Numbered from the stretch's first letter, positions 48,403-61,967 are shown. The stretch is DNA of 64,000 bases from Eledone cirrhosa (GCA_964016885.1 OZ024740.1:307458001-307522000); one strand, 5' to 3'. Translations and numbers: made by a program. The notes: a model not told the origin generated them from the sequence alone.

Positions 48403-48957
48403 AGATGCGTGGCGTTTATAAGACTGTAACGTGTAGAGGAATGAAGCAAAGAGCGTAAAGGATAAAAATAAAAATAACAACACGAGAAAGAGTTACCTTG
48501 GGAGAGATTTAATTGTCCCTATATATTTCGGATTCACATCCATCAACTGGGGTTTTTTCCGGGGGGGGGGGGGGGTTGTCTGTCGTAAAGGTGCGAAACG
48601 TGTCCTCCGCTGTTCGTTGTTTTGAATATCTGAGGTATTCAGCAGAGCGCGTGTGCGCGTGAAATGGGGTCGGTCAGGCAGAGGTCAGCGGCCGAAGTAG
48701 TTCTTTCAATTGTGGGAGTGTGGTGGCGCTAGCTGTCAGTCCATTCTCTGCCTGTTTACGCTCTTTGCTTCATTCCTCTACACGTTACAGTCTTATACAC
48801 GCCAGGCATCTCATTCACCAAACAGGCAGAGAATGGACTGACAGCTAGCGCCACCCCACTCCCACAATTGAAAGAACTACTTCGGCCGCTGACCTCTGCC
48901 TGACCGACCCCATTTCATGCGCACACGCGCTCTGCTGAATACCTCAGATATTCAAAA
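48403..48957. repeat. Nested inverted duplications at the 3' junction of a PLE fragment
   Basis: 48621-48757 is the reverse complement of 48819-48957, and 48403-48459 is the reverse complement of 48755-48811. Confidence 0.85.
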
Positions 48958-50634
48958 GAACAGAATGACGGGCGACAGGAGTATCGAAACCGAGTCTGAT
49001 GTCCCTCAAATGTTCGGCAAAACGGTCCGCCATACGGCGTCCCGTTTGTCCGATATATAAAGACCCGCAAAGGGAACACCAGAGGGCATAGACAACGTGG
49101 GTGTACGTGCAGGTGAAGGAATGGCGGACACGGAGAGACACGTTAGGGCCTGTCAGAGTGGGGAGGGTGGAAATAAAGGGACAAGTGTTGCAGCGGGAAA
49201 GGGAACAAGGATGAGAGCTGGGTGGAGTCGTGGGAGAGGACGAAAAGGTACTGCGAACCAGGAGGTTGTGGGCGCACTTAAAAGCAGTAATGGGTGGGTT
49301 TGCAAAAAAAGCGAGAAGTGAGAACGGAGGATATGTCGCCGGAGTGGTAGGGTGAGAGGGAAAGGAACTCGGGTGTTGAGAGGGCGGGATGAGGTGAGAG
49401 GGTGTGGTGTTGAGAGAGGGTGTGTTGAGAGGGATTAATAGATAGAGAGATATCTAGAAAAGCGACGGAAGAATCGGAGACGGAGGCGGTGAAATTGAGA
49501 GCAGGATGGAAAGATTGGACAAAAGAAAGAAAACAGTCGAGCTGTTCTCGTGATAGAGAGGTGGTGCCGATACAGTCGTCGATATAACGACCGTACAGCT
49601 CAGCAGTCGGTCCAGCGTACTGGGAGAAGATCTGGGCTTCGACGTAGCCAACAAACAAGTTGGCATAGTTTGGACCCATTCTGGTTCCCATCGCTACCCC
49701 AGAGACCTGCTGATAAAATTCACCCGAAAAAGAAAAGCCATTAAGGATGAGAACAAGCTCAGCCAGGCGGAGAAGAGTGGTAATGCTGGGGTAAGGGGTA
49801 GGGCGTAAATCTAAAAAATGTTGGAGAGCGCGGAGGCCGTCATCACGAGGGATGATGGTATAGAGTGAAGTGATGTCCAGGGAAAAGAGAAGGCGGGAGG
49901 GACCAGGAGGGAAAGAGAAAGAGTTGAAGAGTTAAGAGCATGATTTTTATCGTGGGTGTGTGTGTGGGGGGGGGGGGGGAGATTGCCGACCTACCGGGCG
50001 AGGATGGTGTCTAAATATTCAGAAATTATCTCGGTGGGGCAGTTGCACGCAGAAACGATAAGACGGCCGGGATTATTTTTGTTTGTGTATTTTGGGGAGG
50101 AAGTAGATGGTAGGTGTGTGAGGGGTAGGTGAGAGGAGGAGATGAGCTCGTGGATGGTGGAGGACACGAGTTGTTGGTAGCCAGGAGTAAGGTCGGAGGA
50201 TAAAGGGCGGGCGGTAAAAAAGGGTATTGTGAACCTAGCGGAGAGCCTCAGCCCCATAGAGGTCAGCGCTCCAAACCACCACAGTGTCACCTTTGTCAGC
50301 GGGTTTGATGATAATGTCATCGCGACACCAAAGGTTGCGAAGAGCAGAGAGCTCAGTTCGCGTGATGTTAGAGCGACGAGAATGCTGGTGGAAACGGAAT
50401 CGATTGACTGTATGCCAGCAAGTATCGACAAAGGAGTCGAGGGTGCTGAACTGGTCATAGCTCGGCGTCCAATGTGATTGCCGGCGACTGAGACGAGTGA
50501 AGTCATCCGTCTGTGTCGATGATGGCGTGTCGTGAAAAAAAGCTTTCAGCTTTAATCGACGGAAGAACCGTTCAATCTCGGCACGTGTGCGGAACTCGTC
50601 GCAGGTAGATGTGGTTGGTATAAAACGCAAACCA
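48958..50634 (-). mobile_element. Truncated copy of PLE family P2 (RT + GIY-YIG), disrupted
   Basis: IIIKPADKG, GRLIVSACNCPTE, AMGTRMGPNYANLFVG, RYIDDC and VVYALWCSLCGSLYIGQTGRRMADRFAEH; near-identical to 55800-57750. Confidence 0.9.
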
Positions 50635-50728
50635 CACAAATGCAAGTTTAGTAAAATCGAAGTTTCGGCTGTAGCCAAGCCAACGATATACAATTAGGAA
50701 TGTGCAGCAAAGCACTCGATATACAATA

Positions 50729-51151
50729 ATGGTTTCTACTATAGGCACAAGGCCAGCAATTTTGGGGGAGGGGAAAGTCGATTAAATCGACCCCAGTGCC
50801 TGCCTGGTACTTTATTTTATCGACCCCTTAAGGATGAAAGGCAAAGTTAACCTCGGTGGGATTTGAACTCAGATCATAAAGGGCCGTAACTCTATGCTGC
50901 AAAGCATGTTGTCGGACGCTCTACCGATTCTGCCAATCTACCGCCATAATAATTGTTTCTACTTTAGGCACAAGGCCAGCAATTTGAAGGTGCGGGGAAA
51001 GTCGATTAAATCGACGCCAGTGCATTACTGGTGCTTTATTTATTGAACCGGTAAAGCTGAAAGGCAAAGCTAACCTCGGCGGGATTTGAACACAACTCTA
51101 TGCTGCTAAGCATTGTGTCCGACGCTCTACCGATACTGCCAATCTACCACC
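50729..51151 (-). mobile_element. Two tandem SINE family A copies
   Basis: Reverse-complement consensus matches at 50729-50945 and 50953-51151. Confidence 0.88.
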
Positions 51152-51391
51152 TTTTTTACATAATTCCGGTAATCTCAATAGTTATAGATATATAGCTACT
51201 GGGGAAGGATCCTACACAGATAGACAACAACAACATCAAAACAAAAATACAACAGAATAAAAACGAAAACATATATATAAAGTACAAAAGTCTTACAACT
51301 GATCCAAACGATAACATGAAGGTAGAGATCTTTCGACTGCCCGAATGTAACGCTGGAGAAATAATAGTAAGATCTATTCGGACTTCTTACT

Positions 51392-51748
51392 TACTCTCGA
51401 GTTTTAAATAATAGTCCCCCTCCCGCTTATTAATTTTTTAGACCCCTTCCCCAACCCCGCTTAATAAATTTTCCTAATCTATCTCTAATTTTATTTTAAG
51501 TGGTAGCATTCCTGCGACAATTTATTTTCTACATTCTAGAAATCCCATACGTTATAAAATAAATAGAATAGGTTGGGGTCTCAATATGTAAACTAAATGA
51601 CTAATTCTGGTTTTTAAAAAAATCAACGGAGACAACCAAGAAAATTTACCGATTTTACAAGTCCGCCCCCACGCTTATTCCAACTCCCTCACTTATACCC
51701 CCCACCCCCGCTTATTCCACTCCCCCTGTAATTTGGGACCCGACAGTA
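51392..51748. mobile_element. TA-flanked MITE-like element
   Basis: Left end tactctcgagttttaaat and right end atttgggacccgacagta form an imperfect TIR; internal ccccgcttatt repeats; second copy at 4393-4872. Confidence 0.6.
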
Positions 51749-52845
51749 CGTTCTTATTTTATTTATTAAATCTTTACCTTCTTTCTGCAGGCTCCAGTAC
51801 GAAGTTCGCATGTATGATGTTAGAATTCAATTTATTCTCGGTCGTTGTCTACCCCTATTTTGTTTGTTTTCTCTTTCCTCTTCTTCCAGCAAATTCCTGC
51901 AATAAACCTTTTTGACTATTAACGTGAAATGACAACGTAATGTCTGAACCAGGCCACACGACGGTATAGAATTGTTTTCAATAATAGTGTACCCCAAATC
52001 TAAAGTTACTTGGATCCTTTCATTAGTTAGTCTATTTTGCTTCGTGACGCCCGGGTTAACTCTCAAGCAGCGTATTTCAAATCAGAAGAATGAGGACTTT
52101 ATACAGACGTATTTTTATATGGCAACCAGTTCATCAGTTTTGTCACATAGCCTGCTTCAATGTGATGAAAGCCAAATAGCATGAGTTATCCTATCCACTG
52201 CAATCTCGGAGCTTCACGAGATATTTGTGCCAAGGAACTTGAAATTAGTTATATTCTCAACAAACACGTCGTTTATTGTTCATCTCTGTCAGGGTTAATT
52301 TTCAGACCTAGGTACTACACGCCTGAGCAAGCCTCTTATGACTTTCAACCTTTTAAAGTTTGTCAAAATGAGAATTATACCGTCCACATACCAGATTTCA
52401 GTTGACTTTAAACTTGATATAGTGAAATGGTGACCACAGAGTACATCCCTCATCACAGTATCTGAAAAGATATTGAAAAATGTGAATAAAAGAACTCACA
52501 CCTGCTTTATTCTGAGATTAACATTGAATTCATCAGTGACTACTTCAAAAGTTGACTTGAACTTGAAAAAGAAATACGTATGTTCTTTGGATTTCTTAAA
52601 AGAGGTGAGCTATCAGGAATATTGCGTCAATAGTTCTCCTGTCTTTCCGAGAATCATGTACTCATTTTGTACGAGGTTCTGTCAAGGATAACCCTGAGGT
52701 AAATATTGGGAGGAATCCATGTTAGTGTTATAAGCTATCAAATTTGATAGGTGGAATGGGTCTTTCTTATAGATTGCATTTATGACCATCATGGGGCATA
52801 ACATTACATACACTGTGACGCAAATACACAGACTCACAGACACAG

Positions 52846-52889
<44 letters not shown>

Positions 52890-52891
<2 letters not shown>

Positions 52892-53064
52892 CGCTTCTCG
52901 CCCTTTTTGGCTAAGATCAAAAGTGTATTATCTGTTCTTAGCTTAATATCTGATATTTCCTAATATAGGAAATCTGACACTAAACTGATTTTTGTTTACC
53001 GGCGAAGATGACGGAGCTTGCTACGGGTTGACTTTGTATTTCAGTACATCCAGGATTTAGCCAA
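52890..53064 (+). pseudogene. U2: U2 snRNA pseudogene (near full length, diverged)
   Basis: atcgcttctcgccctttttggctaagatcaaaagtgtattatctgttcttagcttaatatctgata...gatttttg (Sm site)...ggagcttgct...gtatttcagtacatccagga. The branch-recognition GTAGTA is mutated to GTATTA, there is a deletion in stem IIa, and (CA)n lies upstream in place of a promoter. Confidence 0.9.
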
Positions 53065-53074
53065 CATTAGTAAT

Positions 53075-53400
53075 GGTGCATGGCTTAGGGGTTAGAGAGT
53101 TGCTTTCACAATCGTGTGGTTGTGAATTTGATTGTAGGACTGAGCGTTGGATTGTGTCCTTGAGCAAGAAAATTTATTTCACGTTGCTCAAGTTCACTCG
53201 GCTGTAGAAATGAGTCGTGACGTCACTGGTGTCAAACTGTATCAGCTTTTGTTTTTCTCTTGGACGAATTCGGTGGTGAAGAGAGGGGAAGACTGGTATG
53301 CATGGGCAACTACTGGTCACAAACACACCTTGTCCAGGCTAGTGTCTCGGAGGGGGAACTTTCCAGGTGTAAAACCATAGCTATTCTATAACTAGAAGAT
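53075..53400 (+). mobile_element. tRNA-derived SINE family B
   Basis: ggtgcatggcttaggggttagag...gtgtccttgagcaag...ttcactcggctgtagaaatgagt. Confidence 0.7.
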
Positions 53401-53599
53401 AGAGAGGATGAGAAAGGGAAAGAGAAATCAGTTTAACATGCGTTTCGTTAGTGATCAGGATCAAAACCGTTATCAATTATAAAACATTATGTAACGGTAC
53501 GTATTAAAAGACAGACTGTTAAAAAAACATACTGCGATGCACTCCATGGCTTCTTTTTCACAATAATTTCTATACTTTTCATTTATATATATATATACA

Positions 53600-54622
53600 A
53601 ATGGGACCTGCCCCTTGTATAGGAGCGCAAATTTTGGAATAGAATAGAAAGAACTAGGAATAAGGTTAATAGAATAAACTCATGGTATGATAGCAATAAA
53701 TACCAGAGTGTAATGTTCATCAATACAACCCCTAGAGGTGAATTAGCTTACACATTTAGAAGGGCCCTAGATGAACATTAACTCAATATTAAGATAGTAG
53801 AAAGACCATGTACCTCCATAAAAACACTTCTTAATAATACATACCCTTTTCAAAGACCTCCCTGTATAGATAAGAAATGCATAATCTGTAAACTAAGCCC
53901 CCATATTAACTGTAAAACTAGAAATGTAGTATATAGCATAAGATGTACTGAAGAACAATGTAAAGATAAGAATATAGTGTACATAGGTGAGACAGCTCGT
54001 AGTATAGGAGAACGGTTAAATGAACACTGGCGAGAGCTTCAAGATAAAAAAGAATCATCAATACTCCACCAACATGCTAAAATAGAACATAAGGGCAAAT
54101 TAGAGAACATAGAAATAAAAAGAGAATCTACACACAGAAAAGACGCAATGTTTAGACAAATCACAGAGGCAATAAACATAAATGAACTCCAATAAATAGA
54201 AAACATGACTGGAATAGCAACATCACAACTTACAATTAAGGACAAAATGAAAACACACACACACATAAAACAAACAACCAACCAGTAACATGTAAATAAA
54301 CAAATAAATAAACAAATAAAAACACACACAGACACCCGGATGTAACACATGCGCAAACTAAGTACACAACACACACAAAACCAAGATGGCGTAGGACAGA
54401 ACAAAGGAGAGGCACAAAACAAAGAAAAGAATCCCCAGTCACTGAAGAGGTCACAGAATGTGTGATGAAAGAATTTTGACAATATATGAACAACCGTTTG
54501 GTTGTGGAACCAACCAACCAACCGGAAATTTATAAATTTAATTTATAATAAATTGGAGTGAAAGCAACTGGTGCGTGTGTTTCTTATTGGCAACATGACC
54601 CTCCCAAAGTATAACCTTATCT
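53600..54622 (+). mobile_element. 3' fragment of PLE family P3 (related to P1): Zn linker, GIY-YIG and pLTR
   Basis: KYQSVMFINTTPRGELA, CIDKKCIICK, NCKTRNVVYSIRC, YIGETARSIGERLNEH, RQITEAINI; ends atgaccctcccaaagtataac like P1. Confidence 0.85.
54438..54480 (+). ncRNA. Type I hammerhead ribozyme in the P3 pLTR
   Basis: gtca-CTGAAGA-g-gtcaca-gaatg-tgtgat-GAAA-gaat-TT-tgac; stem I gtca/tgac. Confidence 0.7.
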
Positions 54623-54635
54623 ATATATATAATAT

Positions 54636-57600
54636 AAAACGCCGGCACCAACAGTTTTGCAAGAGATGTCAACATGAATGGACCTATTATTTTTATCTAA
54701 AGACATTTTTTCCAATTCCATCCCGCCCGTCCCCTCAATCTATCTTATTTCTCATACTTTCTTCTGATGAAGGACTAGCGTCCGAAACGTTATGACCCTC
54801 TTCCTGTTATAACAAGCGTTAACCTAATATATCCCTTCCATATACTGTATCGATTGTGTTGTTATTTTTGTTTACCTTTTACATATATATATATATCAAC
54901 GCTTACGTGGACCTCTCAAAATTCGTTGGATTTTCTAATTGGATTTTCACCCCGAAACTGGTTCCCAACCCGGAGTACGCCTGAACTTCCATCAGGAAAT
55001 CTTTCGTATCATTGAAATTTTCTTTGCTTCTTGCATTTAAATATTCCACGACTCTTTACCACTTTTCCTCTACTACAATCTTCTTACACCACTTTCTTCT
55101 TCTCATCCGTCTATTTTTCACTCCCACCCTAGTACCTTCAATATGCCCAATTTCAAATCTTTTCTCTGCCAGCTCCATTCTACTCACAAGCGCCCCCCCC
55201 CCCATATGCATCCAATCCTCCCTGCATCTCTCCAACCTCATCTTCACCAAAACACGATACAACAGTCACATCGCATTTTTAAGTCGCTGTCTCCACCACC
55301 ACCTCATTCCCCGCGGTTTCCACCTCAAGTTTCACACCACCTCTTACTCTGCTCCCACCGCTGAGCCCATACTTACCCCTCCTCTTGCCAGCTCATGCGG
55401 GCGACCATTCGATCAATTCTCGCCCAAATCTCCCCAAGGCCTACCTCCATCTCTCCTCCACTTGCCACCCTTTCCTCGCCCAATCCCTTATCCAATTCAT
55501 CCTTTACCTCAATCGCCTCCTTTTCAATTTCCTCACTTCCGTAAATAAACATAAACTCGACTCTCTCCGCTCCCCGCCTGTCGTCACCACCCATACTCAT
55601 ATCACTTCCAACCCTAACCCCTCTATCCCGTCAACTACCACCCCATTTCCTCTCCCCACCACTGAATCTGCACACGCTTTGCCCAACCTCCTTGACTCCT
55701 CCGCTTCCACCTCTTTCACTCCTCAACGTCCCTGCACTGTAGTCACCATACCCCAGGACCTACCACTCTCCGAAGCTGAGCGCTCCCTCCTCGCCCGTGG
55801 TTTGCGTTTTATACTAACCACATCTACCTGCGACGAGTTCCGCACACGTGCCGAGATTGAAGGGTTCTTCCGTCGATTAAAGCTGAAAGCTTTTTTTCAC
55901 GACACGCCATCATCGACACAGACGGATGACTTCACTCGTCTCAGTCGCCGGCAATCACATTGGACGCCGAGCTCTGGCCATTTCAGAACCCTCGACTCCT
56001 TTATCGATACTTGCCGGCGTACTGTCAATCGGTTCCGTTTCCACCAGCATTCTCGTCACTCTAACATCACGCGGACTGAGCTCTCTGCTCTTCGCAACCT
56101 TCGGTGTCACGATGACATTGTCATCAAACCCGCTGACAAAGGTGGCGCTGTGGTGGTTTGGAGCGCTGACCTCTATAGGGCTGAGGCTCTCCACCAGCTT
56201 CACAATACCTTTTTTACCATCGTTTATCGTCCGACCCCACTCCTGGCTACTAACCGTGTCCTCCACCACGCTCGAGCTCATCTCCTCCTCTCTCCTACCC
56301 CACAGCCACCAACCTTATTGCACGCACCTTTCGCACACCCACCATCTACTTCCCCAAAATACACAAACAAAATAATCCCGGCCGTCCTATCGTTTCTGCG
56401 TGCAACTGTCCCACTGAGATCATTTCTGAATATTTAGACACCATCCTCGCCCCGTTGGTCGGCAATCTCTCCTCCAACATCCACGATACAAATCATGCTC
56501 TTAACTCTTCAACTCTTTCTCCTTCCCTTCCTGGTCCCTCCCGCCTTCTCTTTACCCTGGACATCACCTCTCTCTCTATACCGTCATCCCTCATGATGAC
56601 GGCCTCCACGCTCTCCAACATTTTTTAGACATACGCCCTAGCACTACCAGTCTTCTCCGTCTGGCTGAGCTTGTTCTCACACTCAATGGATTTTCTTTTT
56701 CGGGTGAATTTTATCAGCAGGTCTCTGGGGTAGCGATGGGAACCAGAATGGGTCCAAACTATGCCAACTTGTTTGTTGGCTACGTCGAAGCCCAGATCTT
56801 CTCCCAGTACGCTGGACCGACTGCTGAGCTGTACGGTCGTTATATCGACGACTGTATCGGCACCACCTCTCTATCACGAGAACAGCTCGACTGTTTTCTT
56901 TCTTTTGTCCAATCTTTCCATCCTGCTCTCAATTTCACCGCCTCCGTCTCCGATTCTTCTGTCCCTTTTCTATCTATTAATGACCCTCACCACACCCTCT
57001 CTACTTCCATCTTCATTAAACCAACAGACTCCCAATCTTACCTCGACTTCACCTCCTCCTATCCAACCCACACCAAACACTCCATAGCCTATTCCCAATT
57101 CCTCCGTCTTCGTCGACTCTGTAGCCAGGGCGACGATTTCGAAACCCATTCCCTTCGCATGGCTTCCTGCTTCACCCAGCGTGGATATCCCCCCACCCTG
57201 ATCCAAGCTGCTCTGACCCGCGCCCGTGAAACAGACCGCACCACATCCCTCTCACCTCACTCCGCCCTCCCAACACCCGTGTTATTTTCCCTCTCACCTA
57301 CCACCCCATCACCCTACCACTCCGGCGACATAACCTCCGTTCTTTCCGTATCCTCTCTTCTGACCCCGTCACTTCTCGCCTTTTTTCAAGCCCAACTATT
57401 ACTGCTTTTAAGCGTCCCCGCAACCTCCGCTGCCTCCTGGTTCGCAGTTCCTTTTCGTCCTATCCCACGACCCCACCCAGCTATCTCATCCTTGTTCCCG
57501 TTCCCGCTGCAACACTTGTCCCTTTATTTCCACCCTCACCACTCTTACAGGCCATAACGGGCCTTTCCGTATCCGCCATTCCTTCACCTGCACATCCAGC

Positions 57601-58512
57601 CACGTTGTCTATGCCCTTTGGTGTTCCCTTTGCGGGTCTTTATATATCGGACAAACGGGACGCCGTATGGCGGACTGTTTTGCCGAACATTTGAGGGACA
57701 TACGACTCGGTTTGGATACTCCTGTCACCCGTCATTTCTGTTCTCCTGGTCATTCTTCCCTACATGTTTCAGTCCTGGGTGTCCTTTTTCCATCATGGAT
57801 CTCAGGCCTCGCGCACCAGGACTGAAAAAAGTCTGATTCACCACCTTGGGTCCTATTCCGCTCTTGGACTCAACTCACCTCCCCGATTTCTCTAATACCC
57901 CGACCTTTATCACACCCCTAGATTCCTATCGCTTTCTCTTGATCATTAACATCTTTTCTTACAACTAATACATGCCGACTATATATGCTCACTCCACTTT
58001 TCCCTTCACTTCTCTGTATACACAAATACACACCCTTATATTAACATACTTTTGCTCATAGTTTTATACTTACATGCACACACACTCTTTTACTCATATA
58101 TATACACACACATTTCTTCTTAGCTTCGTACGGACGTATAATAACACACACACACAAACATACACGCGTGCACATGCACAAGTATAGCTCTTTTTACAAA
58201 ACGTTTTTTTTTTCCATTTCAGGTAGACGCGCTCCATCATCCACTTTTCTAAAAAATAAATCATACACAAAATGCCAGCACCAACAGTTTTGCAAGAGAT
58301 GTCAAGGTGAATGGACCTGTTATTTTTATCTAAAGACATTTTTTCCAATTCCAACCCGCCCGTCCCCTTTATCTTATTTCTCATTCTTTCTTCTGATGAA
58401 GGACTAGCGTCCGAAACGTTAAGAACCTCTTCCTGCTATATCAAGCGTTAATCTAATATATCCCTTCAATATACTGTACCGATTGTATTGTTATTTCTGT
58501 TTACCTGTTACA
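54636..58512 (+). mobile_element. Near full-length Penelope-like element family P2 with about 245-bp direct pseudo-LTRs; ORF frameshifted
   Basis: Direct repeats at 54636-54883 and 58269-58512. Protein pieces HIAFLSRCL..HLIPRGF, LSEAERSLLARGLRF, VIKPADKGGAVVVW, LDITSL, GVAMGT, RYIDDC, KPTD..SYL, SIAYSQFLRLRRLCS and VVYALWCSLCGSLYIGQTGR. Confidence 0.92.
58388..58425 (+). ncRNA. Minimal HHR in the P2 pLTR (also 54759-54796)
   Basis: CTGATGA-a-ggac-tagc-gtcc-GAAAC-GTTA-agaa; palindromic stem III aacgtt; weak stem I. Confidence 0.7.
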
Positions 58513-58744
58513 CACACACACACATACACACACACACATATATATATATATATAGTTGACTGGATCGTATTTTATCGATCTCTAAAATGGTGAAAGACAA
58601 AGTTGATATTGGCGAAATTTGGCACACGAAATCGTATAGTTTGGAGATAAATCTTGTGGATGTGATTGCCTTCGGGGATTTGACTTGTATTTTCTTTTTA
58701 TCGAATCCAGAATAATGAAATGCTAGGTCTCACATGAAAGTCGA

Positions 58745-58998
58745 AGTCTAATATCTGTCTCAAGCCAGGAGGATCGTCAGACCAGTTCTTATCCCGGTTT
58801 CCTGGCGTGAAGCGACTGAAAGTACAAGTCCATCATATGGTTAACCCCCCCCCCCCCCGCTATTACTGGTACTCATTTTCAGCTGAGTATACTGGAGCAA
58901 CATGAGATGAAGTGTTTTGCTCAAGAACACAACACACAACCCTGCCTAAGTATTATGATCATAAGTCAACACCCTTACCACTAGGCCACGTGCCTCCA
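58745..58998 (-). mobile_element. SINE family B, inserted within a degenerate SINE A cluster (about 58555-59150)
   Basis: Minus strand ggaggcacgtggcctagtggtaaggg...gtgttcttgagcaaaacacttcatctc...cagtatactcagctgaaaatgagtacc. Confidence 0.7.
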
Positions 58999-59305
58999 CA
59001 TTAAAGACATTTGAAATTAGAGAGCTGAGGGATGAAACTAAATATAGCAGAGTATTTTGTCTGATGCTCGACTGGTTCTGTGAGAAAAAGGAAGGTTGCG
59101 TATTTTGTTGTAAATAAAAATCCTGTGAGGTATTTTGTCCGATGCTCTACCAGCATTTTATGTGAGAAAGAGGAAGCCTTATGATTTTGGAGTAAATCAT
59201 TCGATTTAATTAACTATACATTTCCCAACAATTCTGTGGCCTTGCAATAATTTTAGAATTTACTATTATGACAATAATCGCTTGCTGCATAATATTTTAG
59301 CACTG

Positions 59306-59385
<80 letters not shown>

Positions 59386-61967
59386 TTCTCTCTCTCTCTT
59401 TCTCTCTCTCTCTTTTCATTTTGTGTTTACAAGTAATGGGGCTACTGGGAATGAAAAGTAGGGTACTGACACTAACACCAGTACCACCTCCACCTAACTT
59501 TTTTACCATCGCGATCCATTTTAGTATGAGTCAGTAATCACACACAAATTAAAAAATATATATATATTTCACTGGGGCGCTCTTAACATATGATACTTTT
59601 CTTGAGGAAATATTCCTTAGTTTTTGTTTGCAGTAAATGTTGTGCTGTAGCCCCTTATGTCTTTGACTTATTATATAACATAATATTCATCAACATTTTA
59701 CATATTATCAAATATTTCGAAAGTGAAAGGTTGCATCTTCGCAATACTTCCGTAGTTACACGGCCACCCATACACAGAATGGGAATCACTACTCTCTACA
59801 CGGTAGTTCGGTCTGTGGAAAATAACAACCAAACTTCTTAGAGGTTGGTGTGAGGCGTGTGTGGTTGGGCCCATTATGGGTGATGAATGGAGGAAAAACG
59901 GGTGAATCGAAAGTGCTTACTCAGATGTCATTGTAGTAGTTATAGAAAGCTTTGATGATGTCGAGTGCAATAAAACTGCTTTTATCAAATTTCTTGTGAG
60001 CACGAGTCTACTGGAGAATGCCACAGGAGAGTAGATCTTCAATAAATCTGGATTTACGAAAGTTTCACTGGTGGTTATTAAGGAGGGCGAGAGATTCAAA
60101 GTGGCGGAAAAAACGTTGTTCCTAATGGCCACGGGACGTTAGTTGGCTAGGTCAGAATTGTTGTCTTTGATGTGCTAGTCATTAGTAATTAATCAATTGA
60201 TGGACTAACCTCATTACACTAATGATTTTCTAATGGCGGATCAACCTTAACAAATGAGCAGCAATTACATAACTGAGAATTATCGATAGTCTCAGATAGG
60301 CGAGCGCCATTGGGATTTAACTAAGAATATCAAATGTTAATGCTAGAATGCCCTTGAGCATAAGTCTTTTGAATAGGGATGGACGGGGGAATAATTACAA
60401 CATTACCGCCACTACCACCACCACAACCAACAACAACATGAGCAGCATCAATATAACCAATGGCGACTTAACAAGGGAGTCTCTACGTGGTCATGCGACT
60501 CGCTGGCAAAATATCCCAAGAATCATCTTGAAAACACAAATGTCACATTCGATTGTGTAGTCCTAGAAACATTTAGACAGGTGAGGTGGAGGTTGACCTG
60601 GGGTTAAACAGAAAAAAAAAACTATCAACGTAGCTAATCAAGAATCAACGAGAGAAACTCTTTGCGGTGACATAGCCTGCTAGACATAGCAACCAAACAT
60701 CTAAATCTCCTTTAAATCACATCTAACCGTTTTAATAACAAGTTGAAAAGACTTGTAGTCTAATGTACACAGTAATGACTGGGAAAAGTTGGAATGTTCA
60801 CGGCTGGAATGACTTTAATGGTAAGTTCGCTCGATTACGATTGATAAACATTGCTATCATAACAACCACTACTATCATCATTATTGCCACTATCATCCCC
60901 GTAACCACCAACACCACCAACACCACCACAGCAAAAAGGTTACCGAATAAAACGGAAACAACAAATGAAAGCGATCTCGCAAAATAGGAAATGGTTTGTT
61001 GTGTGTATGCTGTGTAGGTCATATGCGTATAGTCTGTGAATTATGTGTGCATGTGTTATGTGTGTTGTGTATGTATGTGTGTGTGTTGTGTGTGAATGAG
61101 TGTGGTGTCTGTATACGTTAGTATTGTGTGTGTTGTGTATATGTATTGTATATGTTTGTTGTGTATCGAAGTAAGGTGCACAGAGAAGAAGAAAATGGTG
61201 TTGGTAGTGGAAATATACCGTGTCGGTAACGATGACGGCGGTGGTGGCTGTGGTGTTGTTGGTGATGGTGGCAATGGTGGAAGGGGCAATGGTATTAGTA
61301 TTGTTTAAAGTGATAGGGGCAGCAGTGGTGATAGTGGTGGTGGTAATGGCGCTAATGGTTGATGGCAGTATTAGTGGCTGTAGCATTTCATCACAGTTTC
61401 CTTGTAAAGGAATATGGCTGCCGAAAGAAATATAAAGACGGAACTATAGTAGGATTGGCTGGATTTTATTTTTACATAATATTTACTTGACGACACACGG
61501 TAATAGATTGGCAAGTGTGGCTTAACAGATGGAAGTGTGGGTCGATGGGTTCAGGCTAAAATAGGATGTATTGTTACGGGTGAGTTACCCATCCTCAACA
61601 GAGCGAGCAACACAATACATAATGGCGGTTGCAGAGGGTGCAGTATGTGTGCAGGGCAATTTGATTGGTTGAGAAGTTATTACATCCTTCTTCTTCACCA
61701 GCATCAACCTACAACCTCATCTCGCACACAGAGAATTACCCACACCTTTTTACCTCTTTAACTCTTTCATCTCTTAGTTATCTTCAACTATTATGCGCCA
61801 CTCCAAACCCCCAAACAGTTATTTAAACCATCCCTGCTAGCCCACTACCAAAATGTCATTCACATCACTCACTGTATCAGTAACGCCCCCATTACCATCA
61901 ACACCGCTACAACCAGTTCCAACCAACCAGCTAACCAATAGACAGCTTCAACTGCCTTCTTTACTTC

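Noticed and set aside
51781-52790. Possible host exon after the acceptor-like ctttctgcag
   Set aside because: No sustained ORF, recognisable domain or convincing donor site.
52890-53064. Functional U2 snRNA gene
   Set aside because: The branch-point recognition sequence is mutated, there are indels, and (CA)n lies upstream in place of a PSE.
59900-60140. hAT/Charlie-like peptide FIKFLVSTSLLENATGE*IFN
   Set aside because: Too short and degenerate to call without a profile search.
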